DNA from: Hydrolagus colliei
Lineage: Eukaryota
DNA: 64,000 nt
Assembly: GCA_035084275.1 (NCBI GenBank)
Contig: CM068756.1
Location: 7,936,001 to 8,000,000, forward strand
Direction: 5' to 3'
Program-made: the position numbers and the translations under genes
In this document: positions 50,770-64,000 of the stretch, piece after piece
How positions within the stretch are numbered: position 1 is the stretch's first letter
Layout of the letters: each line of letters begins with the position of its first letter
Notes under the pieces: generated by a model
What the model saw: only the letters and a program-made list of their open reading frames with translations
Told to the model about the DNA's origin: nothing
Database searches by the model: none

Positions 50770-51182
50770 AACCTGGTCCACTGTTCACTCCTCATTCCCT
50801 CTGTCCTACCACATTGGCTAAAATTTCAGCCACTATTACTCCACTCTATGGAACTCTCCCCCAAATCCTTCCGCAATGCTCCTTCTCATGGTGTCTTGAA
50901 ATAACCTCTTTTAAAAACATCTGAATATCCATATTCAACTTATAGCATAGATTAAGTAAAAACAAATAGAGCCATATGGGAAAGAGAATTGGGAGGGGTA
51001 GGGACTTATATGGAGTATAAGCACTGTCTTGGATCGTTGGGCTGAGTGTCCTATTCCGATGTTGAACTGTGCAACCTTTAAAGTACCTTTCCTTTCCTCT
51101 CTGTTCCCTTTCATCTCTGTAAAGCACTTTCACATGTTCATCCTATGTGAAAGGCACTGTGTTAATGCAAGTTATTGTGTTG
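50770..51182 (+). mobile_element. Composite of L2 3' fragment, CR1 3' end and L2/SINE tail
   Basis: ttcagccactattactccactctatggaactctcccc (TLWNSLP-like), then ggagtataagcactgtcttggatcgttgggctgagtgtcctatt (CR1-type 3' UTR), then gtgaaaggcactgtgttaatgcaagttattg. Confidence 0.5.
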
Positions 51183-52302
51183 TGCTTACTGCTTGGAGGA
51201 AAACTGCTTCTTTATATTTTAGAACCATTATATGATTCTTGTGTTGAAGAAGCATCTTATATAAATCCAAACTCGCTAACTTTTACACAGACAGAAATAT
51301 TGTCCATTATGTGAAAACTCTCTGAAGACAGCGGATTATTTCACTTGCAAGGAAAAACCTTCTGATAACCAGATCGCTTTAAGATGAAATTGACCTGATC
51401 AAAGAGAGTCTTAAAAGTGCTGCATTGAGTTGGGGGTAATTGCAAAGTGGAATTGATATTGAAGACATCAGGAAGTAATTTGTGGTCAGGTCAGCTGAAG
51501 ATCAGTGTGGAGACATTAGTTTGTATTGCTTCAGACATGTTATTCATTTACCAAATTACCAAAATATTTTTTTCCTGGGTATACATCGAGATGATGATGG
51601 GTTGAAGGATTCAACATTGATGTGCAATGTGGAGAAGTGTAGAAAAGTAAGGGATAACCAAAGAATAAGTGTGATTGGGATCATTGCTCCATAGCTCTCA
51701 CAGCTACCCCTGTGATCCAGTATTTCAACTCAATAAATTGATGAATGCACATAGAGCAATGTGATTTGGCAATGACCAGTTGCTTTTATCTGTATTTTCT
51801 CTCCTTTTAGTACTTTGTAATGTGGTTTTCCACTGTATGTTTCTACTTTGCACTCTATGCAGTGACTGGCAGGCAGCCCTTGAAGTGATATTGTTGCACC
51901 TTAACTGAAACCTAATGGTTGTTAAAATAATTGAAAGAAGTTCTAGGGTTTAGGCTGATGATGGTTAGAAGGTGATACTTGAAGAGTGGGTTTGCAAGCA
52001 CATGTTCTTTTGTTCAGAAGTTGGTGACTACAACATGTGGCGATAGAGGTGCTGAGTAACACCTGCTGAAACTTCACACCAACAATCAACAAATAGGATC
52101 TCTAATGCCATGATTTCTCAGCAGCTAGAACTGAAGACAAAAACACCGCAAGGGTTTTCCGGGTGGGTCAGTCTCCCAGCAGCGCAAGGCAAAAATCGGT
52201 GTGAAATTCCATTTGTTTGAAACTTGGGCAGAAAAACTGATAATAGTTATTGTAGTTATTATAGATAAGACTGTCAAAAAAAACCCAGTAAGACTATAAT
52301 GT

Positions 52303-52590
52303 GGAGTCCTGTAGCTTATTGGATAGAGCATTCACCATACGTGAGAAACCTGGGGGTCAGTTCCAGGTAGGGTGAAAGCTTGGGCAAGTTTCCTTTATCC
52401 ACACACCTAAAAATAATCACTCAAGAAAAAGTCGGTCATTTTAATTCACGACTGTTTGTGGGACACTGCTGTGTGCAATTGGCTGCTGCGTTTCGACCAC
52501 ACAAATACAGTCAATTCACTTTGCAGTATATTCTGTGAAGCACTTTGAGATGTCTAGAAGACGTGAAAAGCACTACATTTAAGAATTACT
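52303..52590 (+). mobile_element. tRNA-derived SINE (family A)
   Basis: ggagtcctgtagctta..gg head, ttgggcaagtttcc, and the shared 3' body cagtcaattcactttgcagtatattctgtgaagcactttgaga. Flanked by direct repeat ACTATAAT. Confidence 0.8.
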
Positions 52591-55500
52591 ATAATATGTT
52601 TGTAACTTCATATCATGTAGGAACAGGAAGAATATCACAGCCTCTCTCATTTTGAGAATGGAATATTCTTACACGGCTCCCTCTCTCGACAGGATGAATA
52701 GTGAAGTGTGTAAATACTGAAGCATAGGAATATGTGATATATCTAGATGTGAGGCCTGCCCTGGTGCAATCTTCTGCTTCTCTATAGGTCTCGAAAGCAT
52801 GTACCTGGTAAATCATTTAACGAATGGCAGCCATGCTTGAATAGACGATCACAGAGGTAATTCAGATAGGAATGTTTCTCCACCATGTCACACAAATTAT
52901 TAGAAGAAAGTAAATGGACAAGTGTGTTAGTAATGAAGAGAATAAAATTTTAAGATGACAAATTATTTCAACTTCTGCTATTCGTACAGGATATATGAAC
53001 TAAACCATATGTACGTCCGATGTCTTGCCAAGCTAAAGTAGACAAGTATATCAAGCTCAATTTATCATTCTTGGTTCCAAAATAGCCTTTGCTCAAAGAT
53101 GAAATCTACGGTTTAGGGAAGATCTTGAATTGTTACTTATGCCTATCATTGCACCACATTGTGTATGAGTTAAACTTCAATTTTTTTAATGTGAAGAGAA
53201 CAGAAACTGGATGTGTGTTGTGCAGCTGTAATTATGGTGTGTGAGATTCTGTTTATAATTCTCATACAGTAATGGAAAATCCTTCTACCTTTATTACCCA
53301 GTGTCAGCATTGATTCAGATGTGGCACAGTTTATATGCAGAATCATGTTTCTTGTTCTTGACTTTACCCACCATTGTGCCCCACAAAATGTGCAACTTCG
53401 CTATCATAGGCATGTCATCTTTTCATTTCCTGTTCTAGTCATTAGCAGGCAACCATCTCTGATTTCCCCATTATGCATAAATAAGCATACTCAGAACTGG
53501 ACTGAAAAATGCCCAAATTCATTTTACTTAGGGGCAAGCAGCCAGCAGAGAGAAGAGACTTTCATCCCATCAGTAGGAATTCAAATGCCTGGTGCCCTCG
53601 GCAAAAAGCACACCATTCTCATTAACTTCAAATGCGCCACCAGCCCCCAATGTAGAAGGATTTTAAAGCTTTTGAAATCACCGAGCGTTATCTTTCTAAA
53701 GACAACCGGTACCTTTCTGCGTTAGCACATCTGGGAAATTTCTCATCATTTCTTATGAGACTGGAGTTAAAATGCATTGTTGAGATACAGTACTGGGAAC
53801 CTTACTCTCAGCATGTCCTCAATCCTGAGAACCAAAGCCTTGGGTCGGACGGGTCTGGCTGTACCTTGAAGTTGCATTGGTTACTATTATTATTCTGTAA
53901 ACCTTTAATTCTTTTTTCCCCCGAGAGCTAGAAAGAGTGACAGATCTTGCGATGTGCCCTTTGTTCTCATCAGGGGTTCCCTTGCTTCATGTTGCACATT
54001 AGTTGGCGAGGTCTAAGCTGCTGTTCTGCTTCCTTTGTTAACTTTTCGTGAAATAACTCTAATGACATTTTAAAATAAATGATACATTATTTAATGGGGT
54101 GGGGGGGGTGGGGGACGACGACGACAATTTGCGCTTAGCTCATTCGCTGGTGCAAGCAAGATATGTGGAGAGGATAGGGCAGAACAATCTCCAATGTGTT
54201 TCAATAACAACAGCAACAAAATTACATTTGTGTAACGCCTTACACTATTTGTAAAGGAAGCAATAATATCCATGCCATCACTTCTGTGTCAGTCTGAAAT
54301 AATGAACCGAAGGCCCACTGCGGAAACAATGCAATAAGTAATGTGAGGATCGAAGTTAAAGTTACCTGTTTTTCCTTCTGAAATGAAATAACTTCACAAT
54401 TAGGAAGTGTTAGCACCTCAAATATGCTGCATTGCTGCCCTTGTGGAACAGAACTTTAAACTTTCAGATATCAGCATTAAAGGAAGCGAAATAAATATGT
54501 AAGCATTTTCCTTTATTGCATTACACACTGGAGCCTTTCATGTGCTTTAAATCCTCTTATCTAAAAGTCTGCAGTCACATCTGGCAATTTTTCATCATTT
54601 GAAAGCATCTTTTTGATCTACAGAAATAAAAGCAGTTCTAAAAATTAGTGATTTCTTCATATGTGCTGCCAGCAGTGATACAGAGTAGTAACTGTTCAAT
54701 TGGCAAGAGTATACAGAGGGAATCTGCCGAGGTGCTAGAGATTCCCGCTTTGATGGGCGAAGATGAACCCTATTATGTTTTTGCCAAAGGAGAAAAGCAG
54801 TGATATTGACTTAAATACTGGGAAAATTAAAAGAGCCCATATGTTCTCACTTTGTGCTTTGTGTCTAACAGATAGGGAGAAAGCTTTGATGTGTGTGCTG
54901 GCACAGTGGGGTGCGAGCCTCTGTGAAGAGTAGATGGTAAGTGGGGAGGATGTGAGGGGACATAGGGAACACTCTTAACTAATACAGCAGCAAAGAGCAT
55001 AGGCAAAGCCAATGATAATGTACATCTGTTCAGGGGAATTTTTAAGCTTTGAACATTTCTGTGTGTAGATAAGTGGATCATTTATTTTTTAGCATAATGG
55101 CCAGATTAATTGGAGCACTTCAAAGCAGATTGCCTGGATGATGTAAATTGTCTGAATAGGAAATTTTCTTCAGAGGTTTTAAGCAAGTTAAAAAAAAGAA
55201 GCAAAAAAAAACAGTTGCGCTAAATGGCCAGACAATCTATTGTTAATAAAGTATAGCAGCATTCCTCTGGCACAATGAAGAGAGGCGACAAGTTCATATA
55301 AAGTGTTACTGTGGAAAACTGAAGTCATTGAGATGCAGGTTAATCTTCCTTTTGATCTGCGTGTATGTGTGTGTTGGCGAGCTGGAAAGTTGCAGTGTTT
55401 GATATTTGTTACGGTTTCCTGCACCTATAGAGTGTTTGTGCTAGAGAGGAAATCAATAAGACCTGATGATGTTAATATAAACCTGCGTACGGCTTTAATA

Positions 55501-56339
55501 AGAAAGAAAGAAAGTAGTCAGCAAGACACATCTTTATCTTCTGTCTGATCCTTCTGCTGCTCCCCAGATCATGTTAAGATCCAGTTCTGATGTTACTGGG
55601 TCTGACTGCTGTTCTGCAATACTCTTTTGTGTGGCTAATATGTACGTACATATCAATACCACAGAAGAGGCAAAGAGTTGGGTGTGTCTGTGTAGCAGTA
55701 ATTATGTTGAGGCAGCTCTGATGATATTATAGAAAAAAACCTTCATTGGGAAATAGGGTTAGCTTACTAGCACCAGATGTAATACCTTGAGACAGAAGCT
55801 GTGTTTCATGCCGATAACTCCCTTTATATCACACTGCCTGTAGCCCCAAAAAACATGGACCTGGTAAAGCATTTAGCAAATAGCAGCTCTGTTTGAATAG
55901 ACGGATAGACTGGAGTCCAGATCTTGTGAGTCAGTTTCAGGTCCCTAACCTCCTTCAAGTCCCACCTCAAGACCCTAATTTTCGACCGTGCCACGTGCCC
56001 CCACCTTCCCCGATCCCGACCCCAGCTCGGGTCTGAAACACTGACTGTCCAGTGCCTTTGGACTTCCTCCCGATGTGAAAGGCGCTATACAAATGGAATT
56101 TGTATAGGATTTCCTGCAAACAAGCACAGTCTCTTGATGCTTTTTGTTGGTTGCAGGGCACCAATAATGTTGGCACTTTCCCCAGAAGCGCTTTTGAATC
56201 CCAATGTAAAATACACAGAATGTGAAGTCTGTCCCGCTCGTAGCTTTCTAGTCACCTACTAGAAAGTAGGTGTATTTGTGTTGACAAGGATTCATGGACA
56301 CTTCAAGAAAAAAAATTAATAAATTGATCGCCTATCCAT

Positions 56340-56456
56340 AACTGTTTGTGGGATAATGCTGTGTGCAATTGGCTGCCGCTTTATAGTATGTTCTGTGAAG
56401 AGCTTTGAAACATCTAGAAGACATGAAAAGCACTGTATCAAATGCAAGGATTATTA
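56340..56456 (+). mobile_element. SINE 3' fragment
   Basis: ctgtttgtgggataatgctgtgtgcaattggctgccgc...ctgtgaagagctttgaaac...aaatgcaaggattatt. Confidence 0.7.
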
Positions 56457-56969
56457 TATTGGATAACATTATATACTGTCTGCCGCTCTGGTACCTCACT
56501 AAGTGACCAGTTTTCAGGTTGTGAGGCAATCCACTGACAGACAGGAGTGAGGCAGCACAGCCAAGTCCACTCATGTACTTGCCTGATGATCACACACAGG
56601 TGCTTTGTACCCAGAAGCACTGGGTGGTTGTCAAGATTGAGAATCCAGAATGATTTCCCTATTTACTGCCCAAGGACTCCACTGACGCTCTAAACGCCAC
56701 CGTTTGACTCAATGAAAACTTGGGTCTTTCAGTTTATCAAAACCCTAGCCATTGTGTTTTTAGCTGAAATGCTACCCTATGTGAGGGGCTTTATATAAAT
56801 GCAAGTTGTTGTTATTAGGGGAATTTGTCCAATCATCTGAACACCGAGTTGAAAGTGCAGTTTTGGAATCACTCGCTTATTTCTTCTTATTAAACATAGT
56901 GTGAAGTTCCACAACAACAAAATTTGTAGAGTGCCTTTCACATCGGGAGGGCATCCCAAGGTGCTGGAC

Positions 56970-57065
56970 AAAGGGCTGTGGACTCGAAATGTTGACTAAC
57001 TTTCCTTTCTCCATTGATGCTCCCTGACCTGCTGAGTGTTCCCAGTGACTTCCGTTTTTGTTTTA
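56970..57065 (+). mobile_element. Penelope-like element terminal fragment (tentative)
   Basis: cgaaatgttgact...tttctccattgatgctccctgacctgctgagtgttcccag..ttccgtttttgtttt, with a related copy at 60362-60437 (acctgctgagtcctcccagcgacttctattttgatttcag). Family assignment is from memory of shark repeats. Confidence 0.45.
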
Positions 57066-60049
57066 CTTTACAGAATATTTTGTGAAGCACTTTGAGATTT
57101 CTCGAAGGCATGTTAAGGCACTATATGAAATGCAAGGATTATTATTATTATTATAACCACTCAAGGGTGCTGTAAAAGGACCAGGAGTAAGAATGTTGCC
57201 TGGTTTCACCCACTGAACTCACTGATCTTGTTGGAACTTGGCTCAGTCACTGTTCTCTCCATATTGCTAAGACCACCTTCCCAAATTCAGGTGGAAGCCA
57301 AGACTGGTAACCTCAATCTCAAAGGGGAAACCCAAGTGCACATTCTCAGTCAAGGCTGGATTCCAGCAATTTAGCAACTGGACTGCGGTGTGAATAATGT
57401 TCTTCTCATCACCAGCATTCACACCATACAAGAGGGAAAACAAATTATCTCTTGCATATGAAGTCACAGCTGTGGCTTACTGCAAAGACCACATCTGTAT
57501 CCCAGCTGTGGTTTACCTCCCCAAAGTGTCACTCCCCATTTTAAAGTGTAGGTACATTACAGATATATAACTAATAGAATGTGGCATGGAAAGTTGGTGA
57601 TTCAAGAGGTTAATTCAGTTCTGAGACAGAACCCATCGTTTGTTCAGCGCAGTGTTTCTGGAGAGAGGCATGCATCTTTTACCCTAGTTAAACAAGTAAT
57701 CTAATTTTGGCTGTTGGTATTTTGATGTATAACACTCTCCAAATTTACACAATGATTAAAAAAAACATTCTAAAGTACCCGATAAAGTTTAAGTTTTTAC
57801 CCCAAACTGGAGTAAGAAAAAGACAGAAAATATCAAGTAACCGGATAGGTTTTTGTAAAGCACTATCTGTGAATTTCGTTTGAATTTCTTGACATCAAAG
57901 GCAGCTCTTTGTTCTTTGAAGTCTCAGCATGGTGTTTAAGGTACAGCCTGAATGCAGAAATGCCAAGCCGCAAGGTGTCCATGTAGTTTATGCTGAACAG
58001 TGGAGAAGAACCTGAGATAAAAGGCAAACAAGGCGTTCGATAATCAATGTCCAACAACTAGTCTGAATGGAAATGACAGAAATACTCTGTTGGATAACAA
58101 TTTCTGTCACTTTAAGGCCGATAGTACTGCCAATCCTTGAACAGGTTATTGGAATTTAAACTATTTGAAAATAAGGTGAGTTGAAAGTATATCACTGGCA
58201 GTTGTGCCGAGTAGATTGTTGTTAAATATTTGTCAATATAACTTATAGAATGATAAAAAAAACATTGAAATGATTCAAGAATTGAAAGGAGAGGTGTCGC
58301 GAGCTGTTCTGCCTTTCCATTAAGTACACCCGTCCTACAACCATGGTTATCGCTGTTTTGAGTTATTCTGCATATGGTCTCACCAGATTAAAGCACCCTC
58401 CTGCTATTAATCAGCAGTCTGTGATATCATGTTACTAATGAAGGCAGCAGTTACTTTGCTGATACCGTAAGCTTCTCTATTGATATCTGGCTTGAGACAG
58501 CCCTACTGCTGTGGCAAATAAGCTATGAAATGTCAGCATTTCAATAGCACCTGCAATTATTCTACTTTTAACTCTTTAAGTGTCTGAAGATGTTATATTT
58601 CTCCAATGAGCGTAATTCTGCTGCCATAATGTTTCCCAGTCCAGAGATGAAAGACTTATTCTGCATGACACAGACCGCCAAAGTTTTCTTTTAGTTAGAT
58701 AGGACTGAACTGGGCACCAAAAATCCTGTCTTAATTCACTCACAACATAGTCTGACTAGCTACTACAAATCACAACTAAGTTGCGCAGGTCAAATAATGA
58801 TTGCATTTAGCATCTACCATGGAAAGTTGGCTGATGTAATTTTTTTATTGTTTGTATGAATGTATTGTACATTGAAAATAATAAATTACTGGAATCAGAT
58901 TAATATTCAAACTAGGCTGCCATTTTCCTCAACCACACTTGTAAGTTTTGCTCCCATTTAAGTCAGAATTGATTGGTTCCATTGGGCGAAATGGGTTCTC
59001 CATCCATAACAAATTTGTGATCTTAAATGGTCAGTGACTGGGGCAGCAAATGAGCTAGGAAGGTGACCTCAATCTTTTCTCCCACACATTTTCTATTAAC
59101 TCTCTCCCTTTAGGTAGGTAGTCCCATTCCATACACCATTCCGCCATCATATCAGACAGAGTGCAATCAACTTCTAACTCTGTAACAAGCTGTTGGTAGG
59201 TGCACATGGGTGGCAATGGTTAACCATGAGTGTCACCAGAACAGTTAATACTCTCATTCGTACCTGAGATCAACCACCCAAGACTTTTGATCAGTCTTTC
59301 TGTGCAGCTCTCAAATGCTTCTCTCTTTGTCACCAGATAGGACAAAGAAGTCTGAAAAACCTTGGTATTAATATCAGCCCAGGTCCTTCCCATCTGTGCC
59401 ACCTACGTGTGCTGCACTGCTGGACTTCATAATAGTTATGGCTAACGGAGCCTGTGTTATAACTTAAAACAAACGCTAATGAAAGGTTTCATTTTGCACT
59501 TTGTTATTCGACTCTGCAGTGGTTTCCTTTAAAGAACGCACTTATATCTGCTCACAAAACATAACGTAATTAAATTCCATTACAAAAATATATTTATTTC
59601 CCAAGTGTATACTTAAACTTTCTCTTGATGTGGTTCGAGAATACAAAGGGATGAGTTGTAGGTTATATTCAAATTTTCCTTTCAGTCCGGACCTTTAGAT
59701 GTAAGGAACGTTGCCTCTCAGTCTCGTAAGATGAGTAATACCTCTGGGGAGCCTGGTGATGTAGCATGCTAAAATATCAATTTTTCTGATGATTATTTTC
59801 ATAAGCAGGCTGTGTCACAGAATGATAGTTTGTGTGGTTCTTTATTAATTCTATACCTCCTAGTTTTTGCATCCCCAGTGGACACTCACCCCCACAGGCA
59901 GAGAACCCCAGTTCATGTGGTGAATCTTTCTACAAAGATAGAATCTAAAACATTTGTGTATATGGTGAACAGTAGCAGTCCTGATATGCATTTTGCTTCC
60001 TAGCTCTTTCCAGCCTGAGAAGATAATCAGCTTAACTCCTACCCTTTAC

Positions 60050-60535
60050 TTTTTGTTTAACCAATCTTTAATGCATTTTTCTACCTCTTCCCACAATTCC
60101 ACATTCCCCTCTTTTAGTCATGAACCTCTCATGTGGCATTTTATCAAAGACCTTCTGGAAATCCAGATACACTAATCACAGCAATACTTTCATCTACTTT
60201 AACAATTACATCTTCAAAGAATTCGATAAGGTTGGTCAAGCATGACCTTCCTTTCGAAAATCCATACTTGCTGTTGTTAATTATACTTTCCTTCATCAGA
60301 TGACCAGTTACTTTATCTTTTATTATATATTCTTAGTACATTGCCCACAACCTCCATTAAACAACCTGCTGAGTCCTCCCAGCGACTTCTATTTTGATTT
60401 CAGATTTCCAGCATCTGCATTATTTTGCCTTTTGTTTACCAATGTTAAGGTGATTGGAGCCTGGATTTCCTGGATTAGCTCTATCACTGTTTTTAAAAAT
60501 GGGTATTACAGTGGGCCATTCTCCAGTCCTCCCTC
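60050..60535 (-). mobile_element. CR1 LINE reverse transcriptase relic
   Basis: Minus-strand translation gives EDWRMA..PIFKNSDRANPGN, YGFSKGRSCLTNLIEFFE and VYLDFQKVFDK. Confidence 0.8.
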
Positions 60536-60662
60536 CAGATTTCTAATTTTTATATACTATATATCTATTTATATATATTTATAGATATATATATACAGTA
60601 TATGTAAACACATTGGAGCCTCAGCTATCACCTTCCTAATTTCTCTAAGGAGTTTCACCTTA

Positions 60663-60830
60663 TGATAGAATCATAGAATTTTTCAACACAAAAGGAAGCC
60701 ATTCAGCCCACCGAGTCTGTGCCAGCTCTTTGAAAAGAGCTATTCAATCCCACTCCCCGGGTCTCTCCCCATAACCGCGCAAACCCATCCTCCCCAAATA
60801 AACATCCACCTCCCTCTTAAAAGTTGTTAT
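60663..60830 (-). mobile_element. CR1 3' end
   Basis: atagaatcatagaa...aaggaagccattcagcccaccgagtctgtgccagctc is the reverse complement of a CR1 3' UTR ending in (ttctatga)n-like repeats. Confidence 0.65.
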
Positions 60831-60914
60831 CAAATCGGCCTCATGACCCTATACGCTTCTATAAGGAGAATGACAAGACAAAGGATACCACTGAATCTAA
60901 CACAATACTCAGAA

Positions 60915-61355
60915 ATCAATGCTTCTTCAACAACTTGCATTTAAGATCGCACTCCATACCACACGGCGTCCCCGAGCACTTATCAATGTTGGAGTCAGGT
61001 GCTGAGCCAGGGGGAGAGGAAAGGTGACCAGAGGCTTGTTCAACGTGCAAGGTCTTAAGGCGCAACCTGAAAATGGGGAAAGAGGGAGCAAGACAGCGGG
61101 ATTGAGGGAGGGATTTCCATAGCTTCAGGGTATAGTAACTGAAGGAATGGCCACCGATAGTTGAATGGACAATTTGAGAGACAAGGAGGAGGTCAAAGCC
61201 AGTAGAGCTGAGGTAGCGGGTAGTGCTGTGAGGAGAGAGGAGGTAATAGGGTGACAAAGCATGGAGGAATTTAAAGACTAGACTGAGGAACTTGAAATCA
61301 ATCTGCTCTGTGACAGAGAACCAATGGAGTTTGGCAAGGACTGGGGAAATCGGGG
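60915..61355 (-). mobile_element. L2 LINE 3' fragment
   Basis: Minus-strand translation ISPVLAKLHWFSVTEQIDFKFLSLVFKFLHALSPYYL...GGHSFSYYTLKLWKSLPQS...FRLRLKTL matches the L2 ORF2 C-terminus, followed by a ...aaatgcaagttgttg tail. Confidence 0.8.
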
Positions 61356-62920
61356 TGCAGAATCTTCAGCGAGTAGGCACCCTGATTGTTGCTTGATATT
61401 CTGCTGAATCGGTGAAACTGTTTAACAATTTGATCAACATTTTAGTACTAAAGATTTGTCACAGATTTTTCAATCACTCTTTCTTTTAAATCAGATCTTC
61501 CCATACTTCAATATACCAATGTAGATATGCCGGAAGCCAATTAAACAGTTCATTAATGTTAAATTCTGGAAACACAAAAACAGATGTATCAATTTGTATT
61601 TGTTATGCTATCACCCCAATCCACACAAAGGCTGACAAACAACAAATGGGTGTTCTTCCACACTAGGATGCTCCATGTCCATTTAAATCTATGTAATATT
61701 CAGTTAATATAAATTGACCCGCAAGTGTGGATTGAATTGAAGGATACGTCTGGGCCTTTATCGGGTAGCATTATATTTATCTTCGGAGACGCTCTAAAAT
61801 ACTTTGAATGCATATTTGGCAGGCATCATACTTCACAGTTCTGTATCTTAAAAGTGAAAGCGAATAGTAAAAATGAACAGAATAAATGTGCAACCACACT
61901 GCAGATTGTCTTTGAAGCTAGTCTTTTTCAATCTGTTTAACAACTGTCTGGAACTTTGTAATTGAAGCATTGCATACCATGAACTTTCCACAGCAAGCTT
62001 TGTAACAAAAAGTAGATTCCTAAATAATGAAACAAAAGCCATCCTGAATCCCGAGGTATTTGAACTTTCTTCAGGAGAAACTCTTATCCCCAGTGCCAGG
62101 ATATCGCTGTAATGAAAACCGCAATTGCTATGTGACCTTTTATCACCTTGATCCACCGAGAAGAGTATTAATGTCACTGATTTGGGAAGATGCATTTCAA
62201 AAAATTGTTTGAAATCAAAATGCAAATGGTCATGCATATGATATTGGGGGTATTGGTGACAAAAAGAAAGAGTTTGTAGTATCAGGAGACTTGGGGTTTT
62301 AAGTTGATCCATGCATTCTACAATGTGGGCTAAGTGCGTTTCTCTCTTTTGGTAAGGTTCGCATTTCATTTGTTGATACAATACACTATATATTTATACA
62401 GTACCCAGAGGACAATTCAAAACACTTACGTAAATGACTGGGCACCTGTGCTGGAGTGTGGGGGAGAAATGATCGAAAGTCCGTGCAAAGAAGTAAGTCT
62501 ACAATTTGTAGTAAATGTACTGTACCTTTATAAGGTGCAGTTTTACATGGTATATGATATATCATTTGTATTATTTATCACTTTTAACTGTGGAGAGTTT
62601 CGCAATAATTCACAGCACAAGCATGAACAGAAGTGATTTGGTTTCCGGTTTTTTCTGTGCACATCTTCTGGGCTAGCTGATCATTCTTTCTTATGTTCTT
62701 ATGACAACTAGTTAGAAAGAAGTGCTCTTGCTTCATAGTGATTCTCATAATTTTCACAATATTCAAATTTGACCGAATTACATGCTTCTAATCTGTGAAA
62801 TTATCATCGCTCAAATCTGGGTTCTATGCCTCTCATTTTCTCCTCCAGTCTACACGGCAGGACTTCTTGTAGATGTGATCAACACTAGGTACCTCCTCCA
62901 GAGAGTGGCCTGACTGTTGC

Positions 62921-63228
62921 AATAATAACAATCCTTGCATTTGATATAGCGCTTTTCACATCTTCTAGACATCTCAAAGCACTTCACAGAATATACGGCA
63001 AAGTGAATTGACTGTATATTTTGTGGGTGAAATGTGGCAACCATTTGCCCACATTCAAACAGTCATGGATTGAAATGATCAATTTATTGTTGTGTTTTTC
63101 TTGAGGGATTATTATCAGGCACGTGGAGTGAGGAAATTTGCCCAAGGTTTTGCCCTGACCTGCCTGGAATTGAACCCAGGTCTCTCACTTTTAAGGCGAG
63201 TAATCTAACCACTGAGCTACAGGACTCC
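62921..63228 (-). mobile_element. tRNA-derived SINE (family A)
   Basis: Minus strand ggagtcctgTAGCTCAGTGGttag...gGTTCAATTCCaggc; colinear with the 10785-11104 copy over its whole length. Confidence 0.85.
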
Positions 63229-64000
63229 ATATTGCACGAAGAGGACTCTAGCCAATCACCCTTTTTTCTCACCCTAGGGGAGGTTTGAGTCTTTATGTCA
63301 GTTGGGACTCAAACTCATGCTATTTCTACTACTTGTCAAATGCTACTAGTTGACTGTTTCAATGATACAAGAACAACATTTAAATAAACATCAGAGGAAA
63401 CAATGCATGGAATATTTGACTCAGGGGATTGTGCAACAGTTCTGTGTAGACTGGAGTCCTCCCTTGCTGAAGCTGTTTCCCTGTTTAATCACGAATTCCA
63501 TCTCACAGCTTTGTCCTCGACCACATAAATACAAAGGAGCTCTGAACGGTGAGGGGGAATGTTTGGATAAATGTTCTATATACTTGCTGCTCAACTGATC
63601 TTGCAAATTTACTATCGATTAAGAGAGACTAGAATGACCAGAATGGCTTCAAACCTTCTCAATGCACCATGGAAGGACAAGCTATTTGTCCAAGCTAAAG
63701 GTGGTGTCCAGTACAACTCCCAGAAACCAAACAAAATCAACAATTTAGACAGATGCCTCTTGTATATTTGAATTGATACCTTCTAGGGTCCCTTATAGAA
63801 ACTGCAAGAAGCTTTTGTCATTAAAAGAATGGAGCATGATACAGTGCAGTGCAGAATGGAGCATGTTACAGAAATTTTCAGTGCACGAATGGCGTGTGAA
63901 ACAGAATCATTATCGTAACCTGTGTTGTGTATCGGAATGAAACAATGAATGTGCAATCACGGTATGTTGTACAATCTGCTGCACATATGTTAAGTTTCAC

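Overview
AT-rich vertebrate genomic DNA. It is most likely from a cartilaginous fish, inferred from the Deu-domain SINEs, CR1/L2 relics and SINE tails ending in (ATT)n. The window starts inside a large intron of a + strand naked cuticle homolog 1 gene (NKD1, a Wnt/Dishevelled feedback antagonist). It holds the last seven coding exons: 13020-13077, 24793-24896, 27560-27655, 31437-31581, 32676-32760, 33123-33253 and 34144-34727. All have GT-AG boundaries and compatible phases, and they join into 1203 nt (400 codons plus stop), including the EF-hand/EFX domain and the His-rich C-terminus ending ...HEHHHHYHHFYQT. The 5' exons lie upstream of the window. A probable ~2.7 kb 3' UTR follows, then ~27 kb with no recognisable protein-coding exon. 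Introns and downstream DNA are full of old tRNA-derived SINEs, L2/CR1 fragments and TA-flanked MITEs, including one nested pair. Almost all listed ORFs are spurious. I could not identify a clearly novel multi-gene system. The best leads are an in-frame cryptic 5' splice site that would delete the conserved ~30-aa motif, a MITE-like element in the 3' UTR carrying poly(A) hexamers, a perfect 26-bp intronic palindrome, a 48-bp inverted-repeat element upstream of a coding exon, and a cluster of TCF/LEF motifs.
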